A stretch of DNA of 64,000 nt. Source: Candidatus Pacearchaeota archaeon (GTDB lineage Archaea; Nanobdellota; Nanobdellia; Pacearchaeales; GW2011-AR1). The notes under the pieces were generated by a model, which ran no database searches, was not told the origin of the DNA, and worked only from the letters and a program-made list of their open reading frames with translations. Of the stretch, positions 49,998 through 60,466 are shown one piece after another. How positions within the stretch are numbered: the stretch's first letter is position 1; every line of letters begins with the position of its first letter. The position numbers and the translations under genes are program-made. Where the stretch lies: the NCBI GenBank assembly GCA_018303945.1, contig JAGVXD010000019.1, positions 2,975-66,974 on the forward strand. Direction: 5' to 3'.

Positions 49998-52016
49998 ATG
50001 GATAAAAAGAAGAAGCATGAGGATTTAGTCATTGAAGCACAGAAGTTTTTCAATGCTCATAAAAAAGAACTTGGAGTGTCTTTAAGAAGCAGCGAAAGAG
50101 TCATTCATCTTAATTTCATGAGTCTGCAAGAGTTCTCTACACCCTTAGCTGACCATTTAAAAGAAGCCCCTGAAGAAACTATTGGAATACTTGAAGAAGC
50201 TATTGGAGAAAGCGGAATAGGCAAAGACCCAAGAGTCAGATTGACTGAAATACCTAAGGAATCTTTTTTTGTCAAAATAAGGGAAATTAGGGCTAGACAT
50301 CTCGACCAGTTTCTTTGGATAGAAGGAATTGTCCGCCAGGCTTCAGAAGTCCGTCCGCAAGTTGTAAACGCAAAATTTGAATGCCCGAGCTGTGGAGCAA
50401 TACTGTCAGTCCTGCAAATAGACAGGAAATTCCGTGAACCGAGCAGATGCACATGTTCATGGAAGGGAAACTTTAAACTTCTTTCAAAAGAAATGGTTGA
50501 CACGCAGCGCCTAATAATAGAAGAATCTCCTGACAGTTTAGATGGAGGAGAACAACCAAGACGCATAAATGTATTCTTAAAAGAAGACCTTGTTGAGCCG
50601 AAGATGGAAGAACGTACTACTCCCGGAAGCAAAATAAAGATTTATGGAGTGCTTAAAGAAGTCCCTGTACCATTGCCAACGGGTTCCATATCCACTCGTT
50701 TCGATATTGCTGTAGAAGCAAACAATATAGTCCCTCTTGAAGAATCCTTTGAAAGTCTTAATATTTCTGAAGAGGAAATTAAAGATATACTTGAAATTGC
50801 TGCAGATCCAAATGTCTTAAAGAGGCTTTCCGAGAGTATTGCTCCAAGCATATATGGTTTCGATAAAATAAAGGAAGCCGTACTTTTGCAGATTTTTGGA
50901 GGGGTGAAAAAAACTAAATCTGACGGAGGAAGCACCCGTGGAGACATACATATTCTGCTGGTAGGAGATCCAGGAGTAGCTAAATCTGTATTGCTTAAAT
51001 TTACTTCATCCATAGCTCCTAAAGGCCGTTATGTATCGGGAAAAGCAGCTACCTCTGCAGGATTAACTGCGGCTGTAGTGAAAGACGAATTCTTGAAAGG
51101 ATGGTCCCTTGAAGCGGGTGCCATGGTACTTTCAAATAAAGGCATGGTATGTATAGATGAAATTGAAAAAATGAATGAACAAGATAGAAGCGCAATGCAT
51201 GAATCCATGGAACAGCAAACTGTGACTATATCAAAAGCAAATATCCAAGCTACTCTTCGTTCTGAAACAACAGTATTGGCTGCTGGAAACCCTAAATTAG
51301 GGCGATTTGACCCTTATACGCCGATACCACAGCAAATAGACATATCTCCCGCTTTATTAAGCAGATTTGATATAATATTCATTATTCGAGACTTGCCAAA
51401 TAAGATTCAAGATGAAGCAATAGCATCTCATGTCTTGCAGGAACACAAGCAAAATGTTGTCCGGGACATCATAGAACAGCGTCTCCTGCGCAAATACGTT
51501 TCCTATGCTAAACAAAAATGCCGCCCAAAACTTACTGATGAAGCTATAGATGAAATAAAGGATTTTTATGTAAAACTAAGGAACCAATCTACTAAGAGTG
51601 ATAATGAAATAAAGCCAATCCCTATAACTGCCAGACAGCTTGAAGGAGTAATTAGGCTTTCTGAAGCACTTGCTAAAATGCGTCTTGCCCAGGAAGTTAA
51701 AAGAGAAGATGCAAAAAACGCAATTGAACTCTTAAAAACCTCTTTGAAACAAGTAGGTTATGATGAAGAAGCAAAAACTTTTGATATAGATAAGATTACC
51801 ACAGGCATAACTTCTTCAAAAAGAAGTAAAATTGTCGCAGTAAGAGAAGCAATATCCCAGCTTGAATCAAGAATGGGAAAATTAATCCCTCTTGAAGAAT
51901 TAGAAAAGATATTAGAAGGTAAAATTGCTCCTCTTGAACTAGAAGATGCCATAGGCCAGCTTACAAAGTCAGGCGATCTCTTCAGACCTAAGAAAGGATT
52001 TATACAAAGACTCTAA
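49998..52016 (+). CDS. mcm: MCM replicative helicase
   Basis: Zn finger, GDPGVAKS, CIDEIEKM, LLSRFD, ITARQLE. Confidence 0.97.
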   Translation: MDKKKKHEDLVIEAQKFFNAHKKELGVSLRSSERVIHLNFMSLQEFSTPLADHLKEAPEETIGILEEAIGESGIGKDPRVRLTEIPKESFFVKIREIRARHLDQFLWIEGIVRQASEVRPQVVNAKFECPSCGAILSVLQIDRKFREPSRCTCSWKGNFKLLSKEMVDTQRLIIEESPDSLDGGEQPRRINVFLKEDLVEPKMEERTTPGSKIKIYGVLKEVPVPLPTGSISTRFDIAVEANNIVPLEESFESLNISEEEIKDILEIAADPNVLKRLSESIAPSIYGFDKIKEAVLLQIFGGVKKTKSDGGSTRGDIHILLVGDPGVAKSVLLKFTSSIAPKGRYVSGKAATSAGLTAAVVKDEFLKGWSLEAGAMVLSNKGMVCIDEIEKMNEQDRSAMHESMEQQTVTISKANIQATLRSETTVLAAGNPKLGRFDPYTPIPQQIDISPALLSRFDIIFIIRDLPNKIQDEAIASHVLQEHKQNVVRDIIEQRLLRKYVSYAKQKCRPKLTDEAIDEIKDFYVKLRNQSTKSDNEIKPIPITARQLEGVIRLSEALAKMRLAQEVKREDAKNAIELLKTSLKQVGYDEEAKTFDIDKITTGITSSKRSKIVAVREAISQLESRMGKLIPLEELEKILEGKIAPLELEDAIGQLTKSGDLFRPKKGFIQRL

Positions 52017-52072
52017 AAAAGATGTTGGCGCACCAACCAAAAACTTAAAAATACTTAAAACTCCAATTTGAC

Positions 52073-52684
52073 ATGGTTGAGCAATATAAAAGAAATATAG
52101 CCTATAAAATGCGCATTGGTGGCTTGCTTGCCGGCAAACCGTTATTGGAAGGTGATCGCCTTAAGTCTCTTGATGTTGGAGACAAGCAGGTAGTTCGTGT
52201 AAATCTTATCGCGAACATTATAGATAAATATATTCAGGAAGGAGAAAAGAAATTTGGCTCAATTACATTAGATGACGGAACAGGACAGATAAAGGCTAAG
52301 ACATTTGGAGATGATGTGGAAAAATTCACTCAGTTTAATCAAGGCGACACAGTAGTCCTTATAGGTCTGGTTCGTTCCTGGAACAACGAGGTATATCTGA
52401 CTCCTGAAATAATTAAGAAAAAAGACCCAGCTTACCTGCTTTTAAGAAAACTAGAGATAGAATCCAATATGCCCAAAACTCTCCCAACTGAACAGCGCAC
52501 AGCTTTAAAAGACAAAATATTGATAATGGTGAAGGAAGCAGAAAAAGACGGCGGCGTTGATATAGACAAGTTAATTCTTGAATTAAAAGAACATCCTGAA
52601 GTGATTAATCAGGAAATAAAAAAGCTTTTGGAAGATGGAACAGCTTATGAGCCTCGCCCGGGAAAGCTAAGATATCTCGGATAA
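52073..52684 (+). CDS. RPA32-like OB-fold/winged-helix protein
   Basis: ITLDDGTGQI OB fold; C-terminal YEPRPG. Confidence 0.85.
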   Translation: MVEQYKRNIAYKMRIGGLLAGKPLLEGDRLKSLDVGDKQVVRVNLIANIIDKYIQEGEKKFGSITLDDGTGQIKAKTFGDDVEKFTQFNQGDTVVLIGLVRSWNNEVYLTPEIIKKKDPAYLLLRKLEIESNMPKTLPTEQRTALKDKILIMVKEAEKDGGVDIDKLILELKEHPEVINQEIKKLLEDGTAYEPRPGKLRYLG

Positions 52685-52705
52685 TTTAATTATTGTTCAA
52701 TTAAA

Positions 52706-53305
52706 ATTTCTTAGAGCAAAAATAATTTAAAAATACTTTATCCTGCACAGGAACACGCTAATGTTTCTCTACAAAGAAAGCATTCTCTAAAATTAACCTT
52801 ATCTCCTTATCAGTATATAGCGAAAACCACCTGTTTCCTCCCTTTTGAAAATTAAAAAATCCTTCCCCATTTCCTTCTTTTATAGATATTCCAAAATGTC
52901 CTCCATTTGTTAAAATATTATGGATAAGAGAGATAACTCTTGGAACTCTTTCTTTAGGTATATGTAATAAAGAAGTATAAGCCCAGACCATGTTAAAACT
53001 TTCTGGTGAAAATGACATGTTCTCAAAATCCATCTTTACAGTCTTTAAGCCTTTTTCTCTGCATTTCTTAAGTATTGCCTCTGAAAAATCTAGACAGTAA
53101 ACATCAAAACCACAATCCTTAAAATAATGTGCATGATTGCCTGGACCACTTCTCAAATCAAGAATACGCGCCCCTTTAGAAAGTGAATGAGATACATAAT
53201 CTAATTCTTTTCTGATGACGTTATTAGAGTAAGTTCCAAACTTAATATCGAAATAATCAGGATAAGCATCATAAACCTTTTGCAAGTCTCTTTATTGTAA
53301 TCCAT
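52706..53305 (-). pseudogene. class I SAM methyltransferase, apparently disrupted
   Basis: ILDLRSGPG, SLLH; N-terminal frameshift after MDYNKET and an in-frame TAG near the C-terminus. Confidence 0.6.
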
Positions 53306-53310
53306 AATAA

Positions 53311-53901
53311 TTACTTCTTCCAAAACTGCCAGCTCTTCTTCTTTTGAGAATTCAATCTCAATGCAATCCATATCAATAAAACTAGTGATAAAAGCAATAG
53401 CAAAAATCTCCAGATATCACTAAGGTTCTCCCAATTTCTCACAGAACCGTAAAATATAGCGCCTACTCCCGAAGCCATTAAAGCGCTTCCGACAGGTTCC
53501 ATAGACAAAACAAGAAATCCAAGCAAGAGAGTTATGATTCCGGCAATTAACGCAATGATGAAAACTACTTTGGCATGAGCTTGCCTGGCATCATTATATT
53601 CCTTATTGCACAAATCACATTCTCTTACTGCAAGAGCGCACCCCCTCTCATTATATTCGTATATTGGCTGCCCTTCTTGGGCATAACATTGCTGTTCCTG
53701 CTCTCTTAATTTAGATGAGAAAGTGCAATTGGGGTCTCCCGAAACTGGATAAGGTTTGACAGGAGAGCGTTCAAACTCGCTTCCCGGAGTGCAAAAATCA
53801 TTGTATTGTGGAGAAGGATAAAATGCCTCAATGCCATAATTTAACATAAGCAGATAGACTACAAATATACCTATTCCAAGGACTAAATTCTTAACATTCA
53901 T
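53311..53901 (-). CDS. membrane protein with Cys-rich extracellular loop
   Basis: Four TM helices; YPSPQYNDFC. Confidence 0.75.
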   Translation of the reverse strand: MNVKNLVLGIGIFVVYLLMLNYGIEAFYPSPQYNDFCTPGSEFERSPVKPYPVSGDPNCTFSSKLREQEQQCYAQEGQPIYEYNERGCALAVRECDLCNKEYNDARQAHAKVVFIIALIAGIITLLLGFLVLSMEPVGSALMASGVGAIFYGSVRNWENLSDIWRFLLLLLSLVLLIWIALRLNSQKKKSWQFWKK

Positions 53902-53997
53902 AAAAATAATAAGTGAAAAGAGTTTATAAAGTTTCTTTAAGCAATTTCCAGACATTCCGACAATAACCTTTAAAACCCCTCATCCTATCTGACTTAT

Positions 53998-54408
53998 ATG
54001 GAATCATATGAAAAACTGCTTGAAGAAGCTTACTCTAAAGTAAACGTAGTCAAAAAAGATAGCGGAAGATTTGAAGTGCCTCTGGTAAAAGGACAGGTAC
54101 AGGGAAAAAACACTATAATAACTAATATTAAAGAAATTGCAGATTACTTAAGGCGCCCTATAGAGCAACTGGCAAAGTTTCTGCAGAGAGAACTGGCAAC
54201 TCCGGGAAAAATAGACAACGAACGTCTTATCTTAAATTCAAAGCTAAATTCATCAAAAGTAAATGAGAAAGTTAATTCATATACGCGAGAATTTGTTATA
54301 TGTAACGAATGCAAAAAGCCGGACACAGAACTGATTATTGAAAAAGGAATTAAATTCAAGCATTGTCTGGCCTGCGGTGCCAAATCCCCCGTAAGAGCAT
54401 CAATATAA
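53998..54408 (+). CDS. eif2b: translation initiation factor aIF-2 beta
   Basis: RFEVP, VICNECKKPDT, CLACGA. Confidence 0.95.
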   Translation: MESYEKLLEEAYSKVNVVKKDSGRFEVPLVKGQVQGKNTIITNIKEIADYLRRPIEQLAKFLQRELATPGKIDNERLILNSKLNSSKVNEKVNSYTREFVICNECKKPDTELIIEKGIKFKHCLACGAKSPVRASI

Positions 54409-54409
54409 A

Positions 54410-54703
54410 ATGTTTGTAAAGATTCACAAGTCTTATCGTACAGTAGTCGCAGTATGCGATGATGAAATAATAGGTAAAATATTTGAAGAAGGAATAAAAC
54501 AGCTAGATTGCAGGGAAAATTTCTACAAAGACAGAATTCTTAATCGTGAAGAATTAATAAAATTGCTCAAGATGCAGGCTCTTGAAGATGCGACATTTAA
54601 TATTGTTGGCAAAAATTCAGTGGATGCAGCGATTGAAGCAGAAATAGTAAGAGAAGGGAATATATCAAAAGTTCAGGATATTCCATTTGTGCTTATATTT
54701 TAG
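54410..54703 (+). CDS. DUF424 family protein
   Basis: VVAVCDDEIIGK...FY...NIVG. Confidence 0.85.
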   Translation: MFVKIHKSYRTVVAVCDDEIIGKIFEEGIKQLDCRENFYKDRILNREELIKLLKMQALEDATFNIVGKNSVDAAIEAEIVREGNISKVQDIPFVLIF

Positions 54704-54896
54704 TCATCTGTTGCCTGTGCCGTCTGCCTGCCTTTCTACATAGTCGCATTTTTCACAAAAATCTATTTTACCCATAAATTTAATTTAAAAAGAGTCAATT
54801 ATCTAACATCCGCCTAGAAGGATAGGAAAATTCTATATCGTTGGCAATATCGCTTACAACCGACATATTAAAAAACACTTCTATACATGTAATTGC

Positions 54897-55418
54897 ATGG
54901 AAACAATTTATTTTCAAAATGCCTCTGAAATTAAAAGAGAAAAAGCTAATCTAGAAAAGAAACTTAAAGTCAGTATAAAAATAAATGGCAGGAAAGCAGA
55001 AATTGAAGGCGCCCCAATAGATGAATACGAAGCGACACGCATATTAGAAGCCATGCAATTTGGTTTTTCAGCTGCAAAAGCTTTATTAATGCTGGAAGAA
55101 GACACGATTTTTGTAAAATTGCACATCCGCAGCTATACAAGAAGAAAAAATCTTAAAGACGTACGTTCCAGAATTATTGGAAGAGAAGGAAAAACAAGAA
55201 GGACTGTAGAGGAGATATCTGGATGTCACATACTTGTGAAAGAAAGTGACGTTGGAGTCATAGGTTCCTCGGAAAAGATAGAAGATGCAACAACAGCTAT
55301 AATAAATATAATAAAAGGTACAAAACAAGCCAATGCGTATAGATACTTAGAAAGAAAAAATGTGGAGCGTCACTCCACAGATCTCGGTCTTAAACCTTGG
55401 AAAAACAAAGAAGAATAA
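54897..55418 (+). CDS. KH-domain rRNA processing protein (Dim2/Pno1-like)
   Basis: RIIGREGKTRRTVEEISG; YRYLER. Confidence 0.88.
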   Translation: METIYFQNASEIKREKANLEKKLKVSIKINGRKAEIEGAPIDEYEATRILEAMQFGFSAAKALLMLEEDTIFVKLHIRSYTRRKNLKDVRSRIIGREGKTRRTVEEISGCHILVKESDVGVIGSSEKIEDATTAIINIIKGTKQANAYRYLERKNVERHSTDLGLKPWKNKEE

Positions 55419-55445
55419 AAAACAAAACAAAAATTAAAGATAGTA

Positions 55446-55508
55446 TTAACGGCGTTTCTTGCGTTTTACCTTACGAGTCGCCTTTTTTGCTTTTCGTTTT
55501 TTTGCCAC
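55446..55508 (-). CDS. 20-aa Lys/Arg-rich micropeptide
   Basis: GAGGT SD, GTG start, MAKKRKAKKATRKVKRKKRR*. Confidence 0.55.
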   Translation of the reverse strand: MAKKRKAKKATRKVKRKKRR

Positions 55509-55672
55509 TTTACTACCTCTTTATATTTAGAAACATCGCGAGTATATAAAAGTATCCGAAAGAATATCTTTTTCAAGATTTGATAAAAATAATTAAATTT
55601 CCTTGCCGTCGATAAGATTATAGCAGAAAATAAAATGCAAAAATCTATATATTCTCTGAAACTAAATATAAC

Positions 55673-55954
55673 ATGGTTAAATACACTGAACGCCAAGAAG
55701 CAATTTTCAAAATAATTGTTTTAATTGTCTCTGGAGTCATTCTGTACGTCTGGATGTATCTTGCTGCAATCATTGCGCTTATCAACTGGATTTATACATT
55801 GATAAACAACAAGCGCAGTAAAGATTTGGCAGAGTTTGGAGAATTCTGGAATACAGAAACATATCGCTACGTACGTTACATATCTGGTGTTTCAAACGTC
55901 AGGCCATTCCCATTCTCTCCTCTTCAGCGCATAAGTAATTTTGTGAATAGCTAA
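55673..55954 (+). CDS. DUF4389-like membrane protein
   Basis: TM helices, Y...RPFPF. Confidence 0.75.
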   Translation: MVKYTERQEAIFKIIVLIVSGVILYVWMYLAAIIALINWIYTLINNKRSKDLAEFGEFWNTETYRYVRYISGVSNVRPFPFSPLQRISNFVNS

Positions 55955-56001
55955 GCTGCCACAGCAACGTTTAAATAAGAACTTTCTATTCGTTTTTATA
56001 A

Positions 56002-56075
56002 GTCCTCGTAGCTCAGCCGGTAGTAGCACCTGACTGTTAATCAGGGGGTCGGAGGTTCGAGTCCTCCCGAGGACG
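56002..56075 (+). tRNA. tRNA-Asn(GTT)
   Basis: GTCCTCG/CGAGGAC acceptor, CCTGA-CTGTTAA-TCAGG anticodon arm, GTTCGAG T loop. Confidence 0.93.
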
Positions 56076-56133
56076 TTTTAAATATTGACTGCCGTATAAT
56101 AAAAAAGTCACAACATCACTTACGGGTTGGTTT

Positions 56134-56352
56134 TTATAAATTTCTTGACACAAAATAAGACACTATTGCCAAAATAATTAATATTACTGTTATTGCAATA
56201 AATATCCTGTGTCTCTTTTCTTTCCCTTTCCGCTCCTCAGCTCTTTCGTAAGCTTCATTTATCTCGCGCTTTTTTTCATCACTTAAACGCAGCTGCTCTC
56301 CCTTGGGATAACGAAAGCTTTTCAGCCCACCAGTTATTACTTCCTCGCTCAT
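56134..56352 (-). CDS. small tail-anchored membrane protein
   Basis: Charged N-terminus and C-terminal TM helix. Confidence 0.65.
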   Translation of the reverse strand: MSEEVITGGLKSFRYPKGEQLRLSDEKKREINEAYERAEERKGKEKRHRIFIAITVILIILAIVSYFVSRNL

Positions 56353-56403
56353 GAAGAAGAATACAGTCAAAAGTATTAAAAGATTGTGTTTCGCTCTTTA
56401 TTT

Positions 56404-57516
56404 ATGGATAAAATGTGCGAAAAGAAAAAAACGGTGCTTCTAGGCATGTCTGGAGGAGTAGATTCAAGTGTCGCTGCTCTTCTCTTAAAGAAAAAAGGAT
56501 ATAATGTTATAGGAGCATTCCTGAAGATTTATTCTGATACAAAAAACAAATTAACCGGTCAATGTGCCTATCTTGATGAGTTAAAAATGGCTAGAAAAAT
56601 ATCATCTATTCTTAATATTCCACTCATAGTTCTTGATTATGAAAAAGATTACAAAAAGCACGTTCTTAACCCTATGTTTAAATCATATGCTTCAAGCAAA
56701 ACGCCTAATCCCGACATTTCATGCAATGCGATTATAAAGTTCCCATTCCTCTGGAAAGCTGCAAAGAAATACAAAGCAGACTTAATTGCAACTGGACATT
56801 ATGCAAAAATAAAGAAATACAAAAAAATCTGTACATTATTAATGGGAAAAGACAATACTAAAGACCAATCATATTTTCTTGCAGAGCTTGCTCAAAAAGA
56901 CTTGTCACATACCATCTTTCCCATAGGAAATTATACAAAGAAGCAAATAAGAGATATTGCAAGAAGAAATAACTTCCCAAATTGGAATAAGCATGGAACT
57001 GTTGGAATATGCTTCGTAGGACAGCAGAATATGCAGAATTTCTTGAAGCAGAAAATAAAAGAAAAGCCCGGAAAAGTAATAACTCCGACGGGAGATATTA
57101 TAGGCACTCATAAGGGCATTTCTTTTTACACAATAGGCCAAAAAACAGGTGAACACATAGGAATTAATGTGAAAAAGCCAAGAGAATTTGCACAAAAAAG
57201 ATTCTATGTGGGAGAAAAAAGAAGAAATAACCTTCTGGTTGTTGCTCCCGAAGGGCATCCGGCGTTAAAAAGAAGAAAAGTTTTAATTAAAAATCTGCAT
57301 TTAATAAATGCCAAATCCAAAATTCCAGCTCAACTAAAAGCAAGAATCAGACATCTGGGATTTTTCCATCTGGGCAAATTAAAGAAAACTACTAATGGCT
57401 GGTCGTTCACTTTCAATAAACCATTGGAAGCTCTCGCAGAAGGCCAATACATTGTCTTCTACAAAGGAAGGGAAGTCATGGGCTGTGGAGAGATGTCTTT
57501 GACCTATAGGAAATGA
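56404..57516 (+). CDS. mnmA: tRNA 2-thiouridylase MnmA
   Basis: MSGGVDSS, TPNPDISCN, ATGHYA, KDQSYFL, GICF. Confidence 0.93.
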   Translation: MDKMCEKKKTVLLGMSGGVDSSVAALLLKKKGYNVIGAFLKIYSDTKNKLTGQCAYLDELKMARKISSILNIPLIVLDYEKDYKKHVLNPMFKSYASSKTPNPDISCNAIIKFPFLWKAAKKYKADLIATGHYAKIKKYKKICTLLMGKDNTKDQSYFLAELAQKDLSHTIFPIGNYTKKQIRDIARRNNFPNWNKHGTVGICFVGQQNMQNFLKQKIKEKPGKVITPTGDIIGTHKGISFYTIGQKTGEHIGINVKKPREFAQKRFYVGEKRRNNLLVVAPEGHPALKRRKVLIKNLHLINAKSKIPAQLKARIRHLGFFHLGKLKKTTNGWSFTFNKPLEALAEGQYIVFYKGREVMGCGEMSLTYRK

Positions 57517-57598
57517 CTTTAATATAGATAATTCTCCATAATCATACTCTCTTCCGTGATTTCCTATAAATGGCAAACAACACCTTTTTATATCTCCA

Positions 57599-58177
57599 AT
57601 GCTTATGGAAAATATGGAATTTGACAAGGTTGTCGAAAAGAGGCGCTCAATAAGGTCTTTTAAAAAAAAGGCGGCAAATTGGCGAGTGGCGATAGAAGCA
57701 ATAGACTCCATAAGAAACAATCCTTTCGCAGGAAACAAGAATAATCTGCATTTTATTATAGTGGAAGACTCTAAAAAAATAGACAATATATCTAAATGCT
57801 GTGAACAAGATTGGATTCTAGATTCAAATCTCCTTGTCTTAGTATGTTCAGATGAAAGTTTAATAGAAGAAATGTATGGTGAGCGCGGCCGTATTTATTC
57901 AAGACAGCAAGCAGGAGCAGCAATAATGACTCTTCTTCTAAAACTAACAGATGCTGGAGCCGCCGCCTGTTGGGTGGGTGCGTATAATGATAAAGAAATA
58001 AGAGATATTTTGAAGATACCTGAGAAAATAAACATAGAGGCAGTAATACCTATAGGTTATGCTTCTGGAAAAAATGAAAAGCCCAGAAAGAATGAGCCTA
58101 AAATGTATTGGGAATCATGGGGTGAGAGAAAAAGGCCTACAATTTTCACAGAACCGGGAATACACGACAACATATAA
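57599..58177 (+). CDS. nitroreductase family protein
   Basis: RRSIRSF, PFAGN, CWVGAY, IPIGY. Confidence 0.88.
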   Translation: MLMENMEFDKVVEKRRSIRSFKKKAANWRVAIEAIDSIRNNPFAGNKNNLHFIIVEDSKKIDNISKCCEQDWILDSNLLVLVCSDESLIEEMYGERGRIYSRQQAGAAIMTLLLKLTDAGAAACWVGAYNDKEIRDILKIPEKINIEAVIPIGYASGKNEKPRKNEPKMYWESWGERKRPTIFTEPGIHDNI

Positions 58178-58179
58178 TC

Positions 58180-58533
58180 ATGAATGAATATCATGGAATA
58201 ATTATTGATATAAGTCTCCGCAATCCATTATTTATTGAAAAATTTAACATAATTGGCTCTAAAAAAGGTATGGATTATCAAGCTTACAAAGTTCTTGTTG
58301 AGCGTGAAGATATTAACTCGGTTATGCTCGAAATGCAAAAAAACTTAGTTGAAGGATTTTACTGTCACTTTTATGACAATTCCTCTTTGTTTGTTGTTTT
58401 TTCTGATAAAATATTCAAAGCCATTCCTAACCCTAAAAGCTGGAGCAAGATAATAAAGCATGGTCGGCTTAGGGGAATACCCGAAGAACAGCTTGATTTC
58501 TCTCCATCTAAATTCGAAGAAGAAGAATGGTAA
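58180..58533 (+). CDS. hypothetical protein
   Basis: FYCHFY...GIPEEQLDF. Confidence 0.75.
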   Translation: MNEYHGIIIDISLRNPLFIEKFNIIGSKKGMDYQAYKVLVEREDINSVMLEMQKNLVEGFYCHFYDNSSLFVVFSDKIFKAIPNPKSWSKIIKHGRLRGIPEEQLDFSPSKFEEEEW

Positions 58534-58612
58534 TTAATGTTTCTGAAATAGAATTAATTTCTAAGTAGTAACTAGATAGAAAGAATTAATAGTATGTATT
58601 TTAACAAGAAAT

Positions 58613-58936
58613 ATGGGAAAGTTAATTGCGATTGTACCGAAAAACCCCGTACCAAATGCTGTTTCAGTTAAAGAAGGATATTTTCCCCTTCCATTGCAGA
58701 GAGTTGGACCAGGTACATGGCATAATATAATGAGAGCAGATTATGGAGTTAATCTTATTGATGGAACTAGACTCGTAAAGCCAACGAATGCCAAAAGTGG
58801 AGAAATTGTTACAAGAGTTCTCGCGTTGTGCGACAGCGGCTTTCACGGCCGGTTTGGTATCATTAATGGCAAAAGGTTTAGTAATTGCTCTTTTGGGTTA
58901 TCTGAAAGTGGCTTAGCCACTCGCGCAAAAAATTAA
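58613..58936 (+). CDS. short DGR-target-like protein (possibly degenerate)
   Basis: GC-richer C-terminus ending SFG, then an AGTGGC-TTA-GCCACT hairpin and CGCGCAAAA as in copies A and B. Confidence 0.45.
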   Translation: MGKLIAIVPKNPVPNAVSVKEGYFPLPLQRVGPGTWHNIMRADYGVNLIDGTRLVKPTNAKSGEIVTRVLALCDSGFHGRFGIINGKRFSNCSFGLSESGLATRAKN

Positions 58937-59060
58937 GTAGATTTTTTATAGGAAATCACGGAAGAGAGTATGATTATGGAGAATTATCTATATTAAAGTC
59001 ATTTCCTATAAAAAAAATAAAAAAGGAAGAGAAAAAAATAAAATAAAATATCTCGTCCTT

Positions 59061-60140
59061 CTATCTAAAGACTTCTATGCCAAGATCAGACATCTCCGAC
59101 TTGATGTGCTGCTCTTCGCGTTGGGATCTTCTTCCTACGATATAAGCCGATTTGACACCAGTCATAATAGTTATAACTCGGACACGATTAGCGAATTCTT
59201 TGTTAATTCTAGCTCCAATAATAACTTGGGCATCTTGGCTGATGTTCTCTGTTACAAGTTCACCTACGCCTGAAAATTCTTCAAGTTTGAAATCAGGACC
59301 ACAAGTAATGTGGATTAACGCTCCGGTTGCTCCCTTGTAATCGACATCCAATAAAGGATGTGTTAAAGCCTGTCTTACTGCCTCATTAACTCTATCAGTT
59401 GTGTCAGACTCTCCAACACCGATAACTGCAACATCTCCGTTCTTCATAATAGCTGAAACGTCAGCATAGTCTAAGTTAATCAATGATGGCAAGGTAATAG
59501 TTTCCACTATGCCTTTAATCATTGTACTTACCAGCTCGTTCGCTACTGCAAAGGCTTGTTCCATTGGCAAATTGCCGGCTATATCTACTAGGCGATTGTT
59601 ATCAATAATTATAACTGTATCTGCAACTTCTGTCAATTCCTGTAATCCGAATTCTGCCTTATCATGTCGTGCCTTTTCACATTCAAAGGGCATTGTAACG
59701 ACTGCAATAACGACTGCGCCTGACTCTTTAGCCAATTGCGCAACCACCGGTGCAGCTCCTGTTCCAGTGCCTCCGCCTAATCCAGTCAATACAAACACCA
59801 TATCTGCCCCGCCAACAGATTTTTTAAGTTCTGATAGCGATTCTTTAGCCGCTTCTCTACCCTTTGTAGGATATCCTCCGCAGCCAAGACCTCGAGTAAG
59901 CTCCTTTCCGATAAGAATTTTCTCATCGCCTTTGGTAATGCTCAAGTGCAAAGCGTCAGTATTTACTCCATAGATTGTAGCACCATTAATGCCTTTGTTG
60001 AAAAGCCACGTAGTCATATTACATCCTGCTCCTCCGCACCCAACAACCTTGATATTTGCCTTTCCGGCTCGTAATTCGTCAAAGTTAATGCTATGTGTAG
60101 AAGCGTTCTGTATGGCCTCTTTTGCAAAATCTAGTACCAT
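59061..60140 (-). CDS. ftsZ: cell division protein FtsZ
   Basis: GCGGAGCN, GLGGGTGTG, INLDYADV. Confidence 0.97.
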   Translation of the reverse strand: MVLDFAKEAIQNASTHSINFDELRAGKANIKVVGCGGAGCNMTTWLFNKGINGATIYGVNTDALHLSITKGDEKILIGKELTRGLGCGGYPTKGREAAKESLSELKKSVGGADMVFVLTGLGGGTGTGAAPVVAQLAKESGAVVIAVVTMPFECEKARHDKAEFGLQELTEVADTVIIIDNNRLVDIAGNLPMEQAFAVANELVSTMIKGIVETITLPSLINLDYADVSAIMKNGDVAVIGVGESDTTDRVNEAVRQALTHPLLDVDYKGATGALIHITCGPDFKLEEFSGVGELVTENISQDAQVIIGARINKEFANRVRVITIMTGVKSAYIVGRRSQREEQHIKSEMSDLGIEVFR

Positions 60141-60281
60141 TTATCTTTACCTCCTTTCAATTATGTACTAAACAACAAAAAACTAGTATTTATATTTGAC
60201 TGTGGTAAAAAATATGGGTTATTCACATAAGAGTTAAGAAAAGGAAGATACATATGAAATTATGAGAAGTTTGCAATATTA

Positions 60282-60376
60282 TGGATAACTAAATTGTTTA
60301 TACCTCGCAGAAGAGCAGTTATCCAGACAGAGAACTGTGTAGGTTATAGCTCACATTGTGTGCAGTTCTCTGTATC
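60282..60376. repeat. dispersed double-hairpin repeat, copy 3
   Basis: GGATAACT...AGTTATCC then AGAGAACTG...CAGTTCTCT. Confidence 0.7.
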
Positions 60377-60466
60377 TTTGAGCAAAGGAATGATGCGAAC
60401 AAGATAGAAAAAATGCAAATTTAGGTGAAGAAGGCATGAGCTTAAACCTCAAGGTTTACTCATGAG

